Source of the DNA: Octopus vulgaris
Lineage: Eukaryota
NCBI GenBank assembly: GCA_951406725.2
Contig: OX597833.1
Coordinates: 19,096,001-19,160,000 of the forward strand
DNA length: 64,000 nucleotides
Direction of reading: 5' to 3'
Shown here one piece after another: positions 51,602 to 64,000 of this stretch. The notes beneath the pieces are model-generated. The model saw nothing but the letters and a program-made list of their open reading frames with translations, searched no databases and was not told the origin of the DNA. Made by a program: the position numbers and the translations under genes. The first letter of the stretch is position 1. Every line of letters begins with the position of its first letter.

Positions 51602-52414
51602 TCATTTATAACAAGACACCTGTTTCTGTCTCTCTGTCACACTGTAAACCTTTCATTATCTAACACAAGATCTCCTCCTCCAGTACCTTCTCTCCTCTCA
51701 AAATTCCTTGTCTTGCAAATTACTTGGTGACCCTGCTAGTGCTGGTGCCATGTAAAAAGCATCTAGTCCACACTGTAAAGTGGTTGGCATTTTGAAGGGC
51801 ATCCAGTTTTAAAAACCATGCCGAAACTGACCTTACATGTGCTGGTGCCATGCAAAAAGGCACTCAGTACACTCTGCAGAGTGGTTGGTGTTAGGAAGGA
51901 TATCCAGTCGTAAGTACCCTGCCCAAATAGACACAGTAACCTGAGGTAGTCTTCTACCAGGCTGGCTCCTGTCAAACTGTCCAACCCATGCCAGTATAGA
52001 AGGTGGATGTTAAATGATGATGATTAATACACATATACTGACTGTGGTGAATAAATTGTTTTCTGAATTACGCAAAAATGAAAATAATACGGATGTCTCA
52101 ATATCCTGAAATAGTTAAGAGTAAATTTATTGTGGATGGTCTCCTTGTTTAAGGTGGTGAATGTTGCCATAATTTTTTCCCTTCAGTTCATCTTTGGTGT
52201 AACAAAGAGTTTTGTTGGGCTCTTTGCTCAACTGCACCCCACACATAATAATCAAGGGGGTTGCCGTCTGCAGATGTTAGAGGTTATGTGGTCACATAAT
52301 TGTCTCATTTTTATCACTCTCAGTACATGTCCTTAGATTGACACCCAAACACTCTGAAAGCTTCCAGCACAAATGCTGGAACTGAGACCTTAAAACCGAG
52401 GTGTCTTGTAAAAA

Positions 52415-52910
52415 CCATTGGTGTGGGTGCTAGTGCCACATAAAAAGTACTGGTGCTGTAGTACATGGAAAGCACTAGGGCTGGTGCCACATAAAAGGCA
52501 CTGGTGCTGGTGTCAAACAAAAAAGCACTGGTACTGTGGCCCCATAAAAAGCACTGGTGATGGTGTCAAATAAAAAAGCACTGATGCTGTTGCCCCTTAA
52601 AAAGCACTGGTGATGGTGTCACATAAAAAGCAGTGGTGCTGGTGATACATAAAAAGCAGTGGTGATGATGTCACATGAAAAACACTGGTGATGATGCTAT
52701 ATGAAAAGCACTGGTACTGGTGCCACATAAAAAGCACTGATGATGTTGCCATGTAAAAAGCATCCAATACATCTGTGGAATGGTTGGCATTAGGGAGGGC
52801 ATCCAACTGTGGAAATCAAGCCAAAACAGACTTTGGAACCCGGTGCAGTTCCTGTGAAGCTGTCCAACACACGCCAGCATGATAACTAGACCTTAAATGT
52901 TGATGATGAT
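52415..52910 (+). repeat. Older LINE 3'UTR subfamily with a ~24-bp minisatellite array
   Basis: More than ten degenerate gcactggtg(c/a)tggtg(c/t)cacataaaaa units leading into the same 3' body and (GAT)n tail. Confidence 0.75.
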
Positions 52911-52951
52911 TGAGTAATGGGTTTTCACTTTCTTGTTGTCTCTCTTTGCAG

Positions 52952-53077
52952 TTTGCCAGTCGAGCCAAAACCATAAATAATCAACCAATGATTAATGAAA
53001 TCACAGATGTGTCGAACAAGGCTATTTTGAAACGCTATCAACAGGAAATTCACCAATTGAAGAAACAACTAGAATCG
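52952..53077 (+). CDS. CENPE: CENP-E coding exon 11 (helix 6, neck linker, neck coil)
   Basis: FASRAKTINNQPMINEITDVSNKAILKRYQQEIHQLKKQLES resembles CENP-E FAS.AK...N.P..NE....A.LKRY..EI..LKKQLE. Confidence 0.95.
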
Positions 53078-53614
53078 GTAACTGATATATGTCTGATTTT
53101 TTTTTTTCTTTCAGCTATAAATATTTATCGTTAATTTTTAGAATTTACTACCATTTTTTGGTTTCGTTGAAAGTGTAACTATGTATCTCCCCTACAGCGA
53201 GACTCCTGTTCTTCTTCCCCTATCATACCCTAAACCTTTCGTTACTGTATTTATTTTATTTATTTTGAGATGCTGTGTGTTTCTTTCATTTACTTTAAAT
53301 ATGACAAAGAATTTAGTAAAATAACTTAGTTTTCATTCAGCTAGCGTTAGGAACATAAATTATGACTAAGGTTTGGAGGAAGATTTTAATTCAAAACTTA
53401 TGAAAATAAGACATTTGTACTCAGAGCGAGAGCCGGTTTCAACCAGGTTGGGAACAAAAGGGTTAACCTCTCATCACCTGGCATAAAACCACCCTGCTCA
53501 ATACCACACCTCATCTCAGTTGGTGGGTTCTTCACTTGTGAGCTTATGTCTTTTTTAAGAGGTTATCCATTTATGTTGATAACGAAGAATGTTACTAATA
53601 TAAATTTAAAATTA

Positions 53615-53834
53615 ATGCGGAGAGAATCCCTGGAGAAGGACATCATGCTAGGAATGGTCAGTGGCAAGAGAGGAAGAGGCTGACCAAGAACCCACTGGCT
53701 TGACACCATTAAGAGTGATACCGGAATGAACATAGCCAATCTGAAGGAAGTGGCCCATGATAGAACTGACTGGAGGACACTGATCCAACGAGTGACTGAG
53801 AGTCAACTTCGACTGAGCGGATAGAGAGAGAGAG
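53615..53834 (+). mobile_element. RTE-1/BovB-like LINE 3' end
   Basis: SLEKDIMLGMVSGKRGRG*PRTHWLDTIK...AHDRTDWRTLIQRVTESQLRL followed by (AG)n. Confidence 0.8.
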
Positions 53835-55051
53835 GGTGATTAGAGATGTTGGGGGGGGGGGGGGTGAATGCACATAAAAAGCACCCATTGTAAAGTCGTT
53901 GGCATTAGGAAGGACATAGGAACCATGCTGAAGCAGACATTGGAGCTTAGCACCCTCCTGTAGCCTGCCAGCTTGCTTCTGTAGAACCATCTGATCCATA
54001 CTGAAGCAGACATTGGAGCTTAGCACCCTCCTGTAGAACCATCTGATCTGTGCCAAAGCAGACATTGGAGCTTACCTGTAGCCTACCTGCTTCTGTAGAA
54101 CCAGCTGACCCATGCCAGCATAATGGATATTAAATGTTGTATGTGTATGTACTTTTAGTATGTATTGCTACAGTACATCAACCACATTGTATGAAGCTTA
54201 TTTTTTTGTGAGCTTGCCTGGGTCTCCATTATTATCACTTGTATGTTGATAGCTTACATTTGGTACAGCTTTTTGTGATTTATACCTATTTTCTGCCTGT
54301 CAAATATTCTTCTCAGTACCACAAATTGGTTTTGTCAGTTGCTTGACCCTTAACCCTTTGAGTACGTCCTTTAGTGGCTGACAATATGTGCTTCTCTAAT
54401 CATGAGCAGGAGTAGTTGGGGTGCATCACAGCCTTGTTTTGAGAGGGATTCCTTGGGGTTTGAATAAATGTAAGAAAAGCAAAGTTTGAAGGAACTATTT
54501 GCCATTTTTCATACTTTCTAGGGGTAAGCAAATAGGAAATAAGAGTTGCTGCCCAAGGACAAAAGACATGTCACACAGTGTTATCATTTGCTTGTCTCAG
54601 TCATTTGACTGCGGCCATGCTGGAGCACCACCGTCAGTCGAGCAAATCGACCCCGGGACTTATTCTTTGTAAGCCCAGTACTTATTCTATCGGTCTCTTT
54701 TGCCAAACCGCTAAGTGACGGGGACGTAAACACACCAGCATCAGTTGTCAAGCAATGCTAGGGGGACAAACACAGACACACAAACACACATACATATATA
54801 TATATATATATATGACAGGCTTCTTTCAGTTTCCATCTACCAAATCCACTCACAAGGCATTGGTTGGCCCGAGGCTATAGCAGAAGACACTTTCCCAAGA
54901 TCCCACGCAGTGGGACTGAACCCGGAACCATGTGGTCGGTTAGCAAGCTACTTACCACACAGCCACACCTGCGCCTTGTTAATATTTAAAAAATATTTAT
55001 GAAACATTTTTGTTTGTTGGTGTATAACATTTCTCTTTTATTTTCCCATAG

Positions 55052-55201
55052 TATAAGAAACAGACTCCACAGAAGAACTTAAATCCATATTATAGATTCA
55101 TAAGCAATGATTCAGAGAAAGAACAATTGGAGAAGAAATACCAAAATACAATTGACACACTGAAGAAAATGATATGTGTCTCGACTTCTGAAAATACCAA
55201 G
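55052..55201 (+). CDS. CENPE: CENP-E coding exon 12 (coiled coil)
   Basis: YKKQTPQKNLNPYYRFISNDSEKEQLEKKYQNTIDTLKKMICVSTSENTK; 150 nt open between AG and GT; phase 0 to 0. Confidence 0.87.
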
Positions 55202-55976
55202 GTATATCATAATTTTTTATCTTTTACTTGTTTCAGTCATTAGACTGCAGCCATGCTGGAGCATTGCCTTGAGGAATTTTAGTCAAACGAATCAACCCCT
55301 GTATTTATTATCTCTTATATAGCCTGGTACTTATTCTGTTGGTCTCTTTTTGCCAAATCGCTAAGTTATGGGGATGTAAACACACCAACACCGGTTGTCA
55401 AGTAGTGGGGAGGGGGACAAACACATACATAAAGACCCCAACACATGTCCAAATCCTGCCATCATGGAAAACTGATGTTAACTGATGGTAACAATATCTA
55501 TCTATCTATCTCGAATCATATTGCCTATCTATTTTGCTTCAGTGATATTTATTTTTACATTAATCTTAATCTTATTTCGGCCAGTTCTTCTCACACTCCT
55601 GTGACCGCATCAGTGGTCCTTTGTTTTCTTCTCACTTATATATATATATATATATATATACACACTTAATAAATAGGTGTTCAGCAAAGATTTGCTTTAC
55701 AACAAATATTTAAACGTATATATATATATATATATATACACTTTTGCTTTACCACATACTTTTTTTTCTGGGAGTCCCTTTTTAAAGTAGAAGAAATAGC
55801 TAACACGTTAAATGGTGATGATGTATGCAGAAGACTGTATGTGGTAAAGCAAATCTTTGCTGGACCCTGTTTATTAAGTATTACTTAAGTTTACCATGAA
55901 ATGGTCCTTTTTTCATGCCGAATTCTACTTGGGGAAAATTATTGATTACTTCTTAATTAATTAATTTTACCCTTTG

Positions 55977-56028
<52 letters not shown>

Positions 56029-56040
56029 TCACACACACAC

Positions 56041-56076
<36 letters not shown>

Positions 56077-56616
56077 TTAACAGATGACATCCAGAGATAC
56101 ACAATATAGAAAATACTTAGTAGTGCTCAAATGATTTGAACTTACCCTCCAAAATCTTTTCTGAGGAGAGCTGCACCAGGCTCCAGCCATCATTTTTTGG
56201 CTTGGTTTCTACAGCTGGATGCCCTTCTCAACACCAACCACTCTAGAGTATGTACTGGGTGTCTTTTATGTGTCATCAGCACTGGCCACAACCATAATTC
56301 CACTTACCTTGATGTGTTTTCTGAAGCTCAACAAATCGCCAAAAGTCTCGGTCACTTGTCATTGCCTCCATGAGACTCAACAACCAAAGATCATATTTCA
56401 CCACCTCATCCCACATCTTCCTGGATTTACCTCTTCTACAGGTTCCCTTCACAATTAGAGATCGGCTATATAATATGGATTTCCGCTGTTTCCATCTATC
56501 AAATTTTACTCTCAAAGCTTTCATTGAAGATAATTGGCTAACATATCACAGTCCTACGAATTCAGACCTTGGCTATGAAGCAAACATTTCAACGACATAG
56601 CTGTACATTAGGGTTT

Positions 56617-57118
56617 CATCATCATCATCGTTTAACGTTCGCTTTCCATGCTAGCATGGGTTGGACGGTTCAACTGGGGTCTGGGAAGCCCGAAGGCTGC
56701 ACCAGACCAGTCAGATCTCGCAGTGTTTCTACAGCTGGATGCCCTTCCTAACGCCAACCACTTCGAGAGTGTAGTGGGTGATTTTATGTGCCACTGACAC
56801 AGGTGCCAGACGAGGCTGGCAAACGGCCATGCTCGGATGGTGTTTTTTATGTGCCACCGACACAGGTGCCAGACGAGGCTGGCAAACGGCCATGATCGGA
56901 TGATGTTTTTTATGTGCCACCGACACAGGTGCCAGACGAGGCTGGCGAACGGCCACGCTCGGATGGTGTTTTTTATGTGCCACCGACACAGGTGCCAGAC
57001 GAGGCTGGCGAACGGCCATGCTCGGATGGTGTTTTTTATGTGCCACCGACACAGGTGCCAGACGAGGCTGGCGAACGGCCACGCTCGGATGGTGTTTTTT
57101 ATGTGCCACCGACACAGG
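56617..57118 (-). mobile_element. LINE 3'UTR repeat with internal 63-bp tandem array (5 units plus partial)
   Basis: gacacaggt recurs at 56796, 56859, 56922, 56985, 57048, 57111; (GAT)n tail. Other copies at ~3860-4116, 7723-8127, 20598-20979, 29897-30212, 44515-44939, 45296-45650, 46861-47291, 48364-48764. Confidence 0.85.
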
Positions 57119-57440
57119 TTTCTCAATCGTTTTTATCTATGGACCCCTTTTGATTACTATTTTAGTCTGGTGGACCCCCATAGCCATTCAATGTTTAAAA
57201 ACTAGTTTTATAGAAACTTCTTTCAAAATTCCTATTTTGTTTTTCACACATTAACTTGTGTAGGTCAAACTATGTAAAATGCTGGAGAAAGAAACCTAGC
57301 TGTTTCTTGCAATGTATATCAATACATACAGCTAAAGCAAAATTTTTCAGGGGCCCTTAAAATACTATTGTAGGTCCACAAATTACTACTTTGTTGCATG
57401 GACCTTCAGGAGCCATATGGACCCTGATTGAGAACCACTG
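57114..57440. mobile_element. hAT-type MITE (inverted homologue at ~4163-4428; another family at ~59824-60090)
   Basis: Termini cag-gtttctcaa / ttgagaaccactg, the typical CAGTGGTTCTCAA hAT TIR. Confidence 0.65.
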
Positions 57441-57611
57441 CTGTAATTGTACCCTCACATAAAATTATTCAATTTTGTGAGCCTTATTAAGTAACTGCTA
57501 CGAATGCAGGCCATCATTGGTTTCCTTCTTTAGTATTAGAAATCCATTGAAATAAATGCTGTTTTAGTATTTTATTTTGTTAGTAAAAGAATTCTTTTTT
57601 TGTCCTTTCAG

Positions 57612-57681
57612 CAAAGAATCATTCGGAGGAAGACATGGTGTCCAGGACTTTTGAAGAGGAAAATTGAAGCACCAATAACAG
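57612..57681 (+). CDS. CENPE: CENP-E coding exon 13 (RRxTWC motif)
   Basis: QRIIRRKTWCPGLLKRKIEAPIT corresponds to vertebrate RRVTWC. The donor (gtttta) is weak but its phase fits the next exon. Confidence 0.87.
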
Positions 57682-59177
57682 GTTTTAAATTTTTTTCCTA
57701 CATTTTAAAATGTAATGGTTGTATAAAGCTGAAGCAGATGTTACATCTAAAACTTGGAAAACACAAAGAAAAATTGATACAATCTTATAGTAATTAATCG
57801 TTATAGAAGTAAAAGCAGTAATAGGCGCAGGAGTGGCTGTGTGGTAAGTAGCTTGCTAACTAACCACATGGTTCCGGGTTCAATTCCACTGCGTGGCATC
57901 TTGGGCAAGTGTCTTCTGCTATAGGCACGGGCCGACCAAAGCCTTGTGAGTGGATTTGGTAGACGGAAACTGGAAGAAGCCTGTCGTATATATGTATGTG
58001 TGTATATGTTTGTGTGTCTGTGTTTGTACCCCCCAACATCGCTTGACAACCGATGCTGGTGTGTTTATGTCCCTGTTACTTAGCGGTTTGGCAAAAGAGA
58101 CCGATAGAATAAGTACTAGGCTTACAAAGAATAAGTCCTGGGATCGATTTGCTCGACTAAAAGGCGGTGCTCCAGCATGGCCGCAGTCAAATGACTGAAA
58201 CAAGTAAAAGAGAGAGTATATTAGATGATGCATAATTAATTCAAAACATTGTGACTGAAGTAAGTATTACATTTGACAGAGTAATCTGGATGCTAAAGGA
58301 TTAACACAACCATCTCCAAGTCTTTGGATGCTTTTTTATGGAATCTACCCTGTGTCATGTATTCAGACCCGACAGATAGGATATCTTAATGAAACTGAAT
58401 CTTATTGCAGCAGACTACGAATCAATGTCGTTTCCTACCCATCCCATTGCAATTGTATCAAAAGCACTGCAAAGAGCCATAGTTGCTGTCCCTCCTACTC
58501 TGGAACTTGGCTATGTTTCATTCAGGCAACTCCACTGGAAGTAAAACATAACCTTTTGATGTCTAGACCTGTGTTCCACAACCTTTTTTTCACCTGTGGT
58601 ATACTTTTATTCTTTTCAAACTTGAGCGGCACATCTGAACTGGGAAGCACTCCGTCGGTTACGACGTCGAGGGTTCCGGTTGATCCGAATCTATGGAACA
58701 GTCTGCTCGTGAAATTAACGTGTAAGTGGCTGAGCACTCCACAGACACGTGTACCCTTAACGTAGTTCTCGGGGATATTCAGCATGACACAGAGAGTGAC
58801 AAGGCCGGTTCTTTGAAATACAGGTACAACAGAAACAGGAAGTAAGAGTGAGAGAAAGTTGTGGTGAAAGAGTACAGCAGGTATCACCACCATCCTCTGC
58901 TGGAGACTTGTGGAGCTTTAGGTGTTTTCGCTCAATAAACACTCACAACGCCCGGTCTGGGAATCGAAACCGCGATCCTATGACCGCGAGTCCGCTGCCC
59001 TAACCACTGGGCCATTGCGCCTCCACCTGAACTAAAAATATAACTAAAAGTATAAGGGTAGAAATTATAATCGGGTTACACTGTGGCACAACTAGTACTG
59101 TCTCGCGGCATACCAGTTGCAGAGCACCAGTCTAGACAAAGCTCTTAAATCTAATCTCTGTTCCTTTTCCTTCACAG

Positions 59178-59338
59178 ATGCTTGTAGAACTCCTGCGAGA
59201 TTTCTTGACAGCATTGCCGAAACCTCACTGTCTGATGATGAGAGCAAAACTACTGATACCAGTAATAACTTGAAGCGTATTTCCAATGGCAAACCTCTAG
59301 TTAACTATGTCAGCTGTTCTGTCCAAACAGAATGTAAA
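59178..59338 (+). CDS. CENPE: CENP-E coding exon 14
   Basis: ttcacag acceptor; DACRTPARFLDSIAETSLSDDESKTTDTSNNLKRISNGKPLVNYVSCSVQTECK. Donor gtaggt at 59339 chosen for phase 0; alternative GTs at 59334 and 59343. Confidence 0.72.
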
Positions 59339-61447
59339 GTAGGTTTGATCTTTTAGTTTTCTACTTTGTTGTTATGTTTTTTGCATTCCTTCTCTTCTTT
59401 TAGCCATTTTTTGTTTTTGTTTTTCTTGTTTTTATCTTGTATTTTTGTTTGTATTCTTTGACATGTCAGTACTTGGCACAAGTAAGACCATCAAACGAGA
59501 ATCTTGAAAATAGCAGACACACTTAACCCTTTAGTGTTTAAACCGGCCATATCCGGCCCAAATATTCTATGCTTTATATTCAAACTGGTGATATGTAGCT
59601 TCTCACACCTAACCTACATTGACATTCTAAAAATAAATATTCATATCATTGAAACCTCAAAAGCTATAAAATAATGCAGGATTAATTAAAAACAATTTGA
59701 GTAAAAAATATTACATGTAACAGTAATCTGAACACTAAAGGGTTAAATACACACACACACACAAACACACAATGTTTTTTTGACTTTTTGTCACCCTTGA
59801 CAATTGGCATTGGTTGGTTTACATCAGTGGTTCCCAAAGTGGGTGGTATTACTCCCCTGGGGACAGTGGAAAATTCCAAGGGGGCATTGAAGGAAAGCAG
59901 GGCGATAATGGGGTAGCGATTCATGTGCGAACAACAAAATTACGGGTTCGTTAGGTTAAGTTTATTTGTGAAATACAGTTGCTTTGAATTTGCTTCAGAA
60001 AGAGGTCTATGTTTGTGATAGTTAGCTGGGGTGGGGTCACTAGGAATGTGGCCTGGGTGTCAAGGGGGCTGCAGTCCAAAAAAGTTGGCACCTTTCTAAC
60101 TTCACAGTTTGGCAAAACGGGCCAACAGAGCATGTAGCAAACTTAAAAATAAAAACAGAAGTCCTGGGGTCAATTTGTCCTACTGAAACCCCTCAAGGCA
60201 GTGTCCCAATATGACCTCAGTTCAAGTACTGTTGTAAATGATGAAAGATAATAGTGAACGTTTTTTTTCTTGGCTTTTATTCTTTCTTCAAATTGTTATT
60301 ATTTTTAACCCCAAGTCAATCAAGATCAAGCAGTTCTATGATGAACAGGCATTCCTATTGTGGTCATCCCATCTTTTATAGGGGGATATATAAAGCTATG
60401 TTAATATGTCATTTCCTTTCATTAAGATGATCAGGTGTGATGTTAGGGAGATCTGGCTGCTGTTTCTTGCAGGTTGAGTGACACACAGAGACTCTCTCTT
60501 TACTCTTTTACTTGTTTCAGTCATTTGACTGCGGCCATGCTGGAGCACCGCCTTTAATCGAGCAACTCGACCCCGGGACTTATTCTTTTGCAAGCCCAGT
60601 ACTTATTCTATCGGTCTCTTTTGCCAAACCGCTAAGTAACGGGGACATAAACACACCAGCATCAGTTGTCAAGCAATGCTAGGGGCACAAACACACACAC
60701 GCATATATATATATATATACATATATACGACGGGCTTCTTTCAGTTTCCGTCTACCAAATCCACTCACAAGGCTTTGGTTGGCCCGAGGCTACAGTAGAA
60801 GACGCTTGCCCAAGGTGCCACGCTGTGGGACTGAATCCGGAACCATGTGGTTAGTAACCAAACTACTTACCACACAGCCACTCCTGCGCCTATCTGTTTG
60901 TTTTTTTCATGAAATTTATTTGGAAGAAAACATATCCTCTTTAATGCATAAGGAATTTAAAAACAATAATAATAATATGATTCAGGATGAATCCTTGTTG
61001 GCTCTTGACTGTGGCATCTTTTTTTCCTTTTATTGTTTAGTTTTGTTTCTCTTAAAAAAAAAAATGGTACATCTTAGTTTCTTTCAACTATTTCCCAAAT
61101 AGAGTTCCTCATCATTTAATGTCTATTTTCCATGCTGGCATGAGTTGAATGGTTTGATAGGAGTTGGCAAGCCAGAGGGCTGCACCAAGTTCCAATTATC
61201 TCTTTTGGCTCAGTTTCTACAGCTGGATGTCCTTCTTAATGCCAACCATCTTACAGAGTGTACTAGGTGCCTTTTCGTGGCACCAGGTGCTTTTTATTCT
61301 CTCTCTCCCTATCTTGATGCTCTTGTTTAACTTTTTGCTGCCATATTTCTTTTGAATTCCACTGTCTTTGTTTCAATTAATTTTGGAAATAATGAAGAAA
61401 GTAAAATAACTTTCTCGTTATTAATCTGGTGTTTGGAACATAAATTA

Positions 61448-62498
61448 CTGTAAGAGCCCATGTAATTTACGCATTTTTTTTCACAAAAATAAAAATAAAC
61501 TTTCAGGGTGTGTAAATTACATAAGTAGATCATTTCCAGAATTTTTTAAGAAATATTTTATCTGTTGAAGAAAGACTTACAAAACAAACATTCATACTGC
61601 GTGGCACCTTGGGCAAGTATCTTCTACTATAGCCTTGTGAGTGGATTTGGTAGACGGAGACTGAAAGAAGCCCATCGTATATATGTATATATATATATAT
61701 GTGCGTGTATGTTTGTCCCCCTAGTGTTGCTTGACAACCGATGCTGGTGTGTTTATGTCCCCGTTACCTAGCGGTTCGGCAAAAAGAGACCGATAGAATA
61801 AGTACTGGGCTTACAAAAGAATAAGTTCCGGTGTCGAGTTGCTCGTTTAAAGGCGGTGCTCCAGCATGGCCGCAGTCAAATGGCTGAAACAAGTAAAAGA
61901 GTAAAGTGTACTGGAAGTTGACTCATTTAATGTCAGAATAGGTTTTACAGAAAAAATAAGGGCTTAAATATGATGAAGTTGACTTTATTTACGCTGGATG
62001 GTATAATGCTTACATTTTCTGTATAAATTTACTAAAACCATTAATGTTTATTGGTAATTAAACTTAATTTGCAACACCTGTGTATATTTATCAGCTTTGT
62101 TTTTGTTGATAATTCTTATCAACAACTTTTCCTGTGATCGTGATTTCAGAAGACATACAGCAGTATGCTAAAGATCGGACATAGTCTCTTGTTGGCAAGA
62201 AATGTAAAATAAAGTTCATCATAAGCAATACAAACACTTTGTAGTTCAATAGCTTTCAATGTGATACCTGTTAAACAGAAATTTTGTTTTATGAAAATTT
62301 AACAAAATCTAATCATAAATAAGTGAAATTATGCTAAATACATCTAAAGTGAAAACCTTTTCCCTCTGGCCATATCAGCAATTCTGAAAACTTTTGGGTG
62401 CGAATTTTACATGAGTAGAAGCATTTTTTTAAGAAATTTTATCCTGAAAATCATCTGTGTAAATTACACAGGTGCGCAAATTACATGGGTTTTTACAG
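61448..62498. mobile_element. Tc1/mariner-superfamily non-autonomous element (TA TSD), nested in a MITE and containing a SINE
   Basis: ta-ctgtaagagcccatgtaatttacgca / tgcgcaaattacatgggtttttacag-ta. Confidence 0.72.
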
Positions 62499-63205
62499 TA
62501 ACATGAAATTTTGATGGAAGGTTTTTAATTCAGGTCACTTAATCCCTTTTGTTACCATATTTCTGTTAAAATATTCTGCCTTTGTTTCAATTAATTTTGG
62601 AAATAATGAAAAATTTAGGTGTAGGAGTGGCTGTGTGGTAGTAGCTTGCTTACCAACCACATGGTTCTGGGTTCAGTCCCACTGCGTGGCACCTCGGGCT
62701 GACCAAAACCTTGTGAGTGGATTTGGTAGACGGAAACTGAAAGAAGCCCGTCGTATGTATATATGTATATATATATATATATATGCGTGTGTGTGTTTGT
62801 GTCTGTCCCCCTAGCATTGCTTGACAACCGATGCTGGTGTGTTTATGTCCCCGTTACTTAGCAGTTCGGCAAAAGAAACCGATAGAATAAGTACTAGGCT
62901 TACAAAGAATAACTCCTGGGGTCAATTTGCTCGACTAAAAAGGTGGTGCTCCAGCATGGCCACAGTCAAATGACTGAAAACAAGTAAAAGAGTAAATTAG
63001 TAAAATAATTTTCTGATTATCAATCTGATGCCTGCAGCATAAATTAGCACGAAATTTTGATGGGAGCTTTTAATTAAGATCGTTTCAAATGAAGAAACTT
63101 TCATCATAGAACCAGGAGTGTTTTCAGGCAGGTTGGTCACAAAACGGTCAAATTGTTTATTCCTGTCTCAGTATTGTGAAATGCATTGTTTTTGATTTTT
63201 TCCAG

Positions 63206-63291
63206 AATGAAAATGAACATTTCCTGAGGTTTGAAAATGAAATGTTAAAGAATATGTTAACAATGAAAGAAAATGAGTCTCATATGCCCAG
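63206..63291 (+). CDS. CENPE: CENP-E coding exon 15 (gene continues beyond window)
   Basis: ttttttccag acceptor; NENEHFLRFENEMLKNMLTMKENESHMP; AG/gtaaga donor. Confidence 0.78.
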
Positions 63292-63315
63292 GTAAGACTT
63301 CCAAATCTATTTTAA

Positions 63316-63536
63316 CCCTTTAGTGTTTAAACCGGCCATATCCGGCCCAAATATTCTACATGTTTTATATTCAAACTGGTGATATCCAGCCTCTCACACC
63401 TAACCTACATTGACATTCTAAAAATAAACAATCACATCACTGAAACCTCAAAAGCTATGAGATAATGCAGGATTAATTAAAAACAATTTGAGTAAAAAAA
63501 TATTACATTTAACAGAGTAATCTGAACACTAAAGGG
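63316..63536. mobile_element. TTAA-flanked piggyBac-like MITE, family 2
   Basis: Closely similar to 59527-59742; TTAA on both sides. Confidence 0.82.
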
Positions 63537-64000
63537 TTAACCTTTTCTCGACTATATTTTTAATGTGTGTGTGAGTGGGTGTGTACAGGCTCTTGTGTGT
63601 ATGTATTGACTCTTTGTTTTAATTGATATCCAACATCTAGGTGCAGGCATGGCTGTGTAGTAAGAAGCTTGCTTCCCAGCTACATGGTTTCAGGTTCAAT
63701 CCCATCGTGTAGCACTTTGGGCAAGTGTCTTCTTCTGAAGCCTCAGGCTGACCAAAGCCTTCATCATCATCATCATCATAATCTGTTTCTTTACTACCCA
63801 CAAGGGGCTAAACACAGAGGGGGAAAAACAAGGACAGACAAACAGATTAAGTCGATTACATCGACCCCAGTGTGTAACTGGTACTTCATTTATCGACCCC
63901 GAAAGGATGAAAGGCAAAGTTGACCTCGGCGAAATTTGAACTCAGAACGTAACGGCAGACGAAATACCGCTAAGCATTTCGCCCGGCGTGCTAACGTTTC

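Noticed and set aside
55565-55620. Hammerhead-like CTGATGC-GGTC...GGCC-GAAAT on the minus strand
   Set aside because: A9 is substituted, and no stem I partner or cleavage triplet could be found.
56632-57254. Overlapping repetitive ORFs (LVWHLCRWHIKNTIRAWPFAS)n and a CRISPR-like periodic look
   Set aside because: The 63-bp unit is a multiple of three, so several frames stay open. Units are contiguous with no unique spacers and no cas genes; it is a tandem array inside a retroelement end.
62150-62215. Possible extra CENP-E exon (tttcag acceptor)
   Set aside because: It lies inside the TA-flanked transposon, and exons 14 and 15 already join in phase without it.

Overview
AT-rich, repeat-saturated animal genomic DNA. 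The SINE, MITE and Helitron repertoire looks like an octopod cephalopod (Octopus sp.); this is recognition, not a database result. Two intron-rich genes diverge head-to-head from a ~0.6-kb promoter at ~27.8-28.4 kb. On the minus strand are coding exons 1-5 of CENATAC/CCDC84; its 3' exons were not located. On the plus strand are a probable 5'UTR exon and 15 phase-consistent coding exons of the kinesin-7 CENP-E, covering the whole motor domain, neck and RRxTWC motif and continuing past the window end. The promoter has a G2/M-type layout: two CCAAT boxes 31 bp apart plus a CHR (TTTGAA). Introns are filled with tRNA-derived SINEs, 5'-truncated RTE-clade LINE ends carrying a variable tandem array, non-autonomous Helitrons, a Helitron PIF1 helicase pseudogene, hAT/mariner/Penelope remnants and several MITE families. 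The most notable signal is a set of type I hammerhead ribozyme motifs. One sits inside a 354-nt unit inserted as 1.17 copies between 12-bp target-site duplications, and a second, circularly permuted and partly inverted copy lies at 21.6 kb; together these suggest a retrozyme family copied from circular or multimeric RNA. There is also an element with Helitron 3' termini at both ends. Nearly all ORFs in the supplied track are repeat artefacts. Coordinates were counted by hand: exon edges should be exact, repeat edges are approximate.
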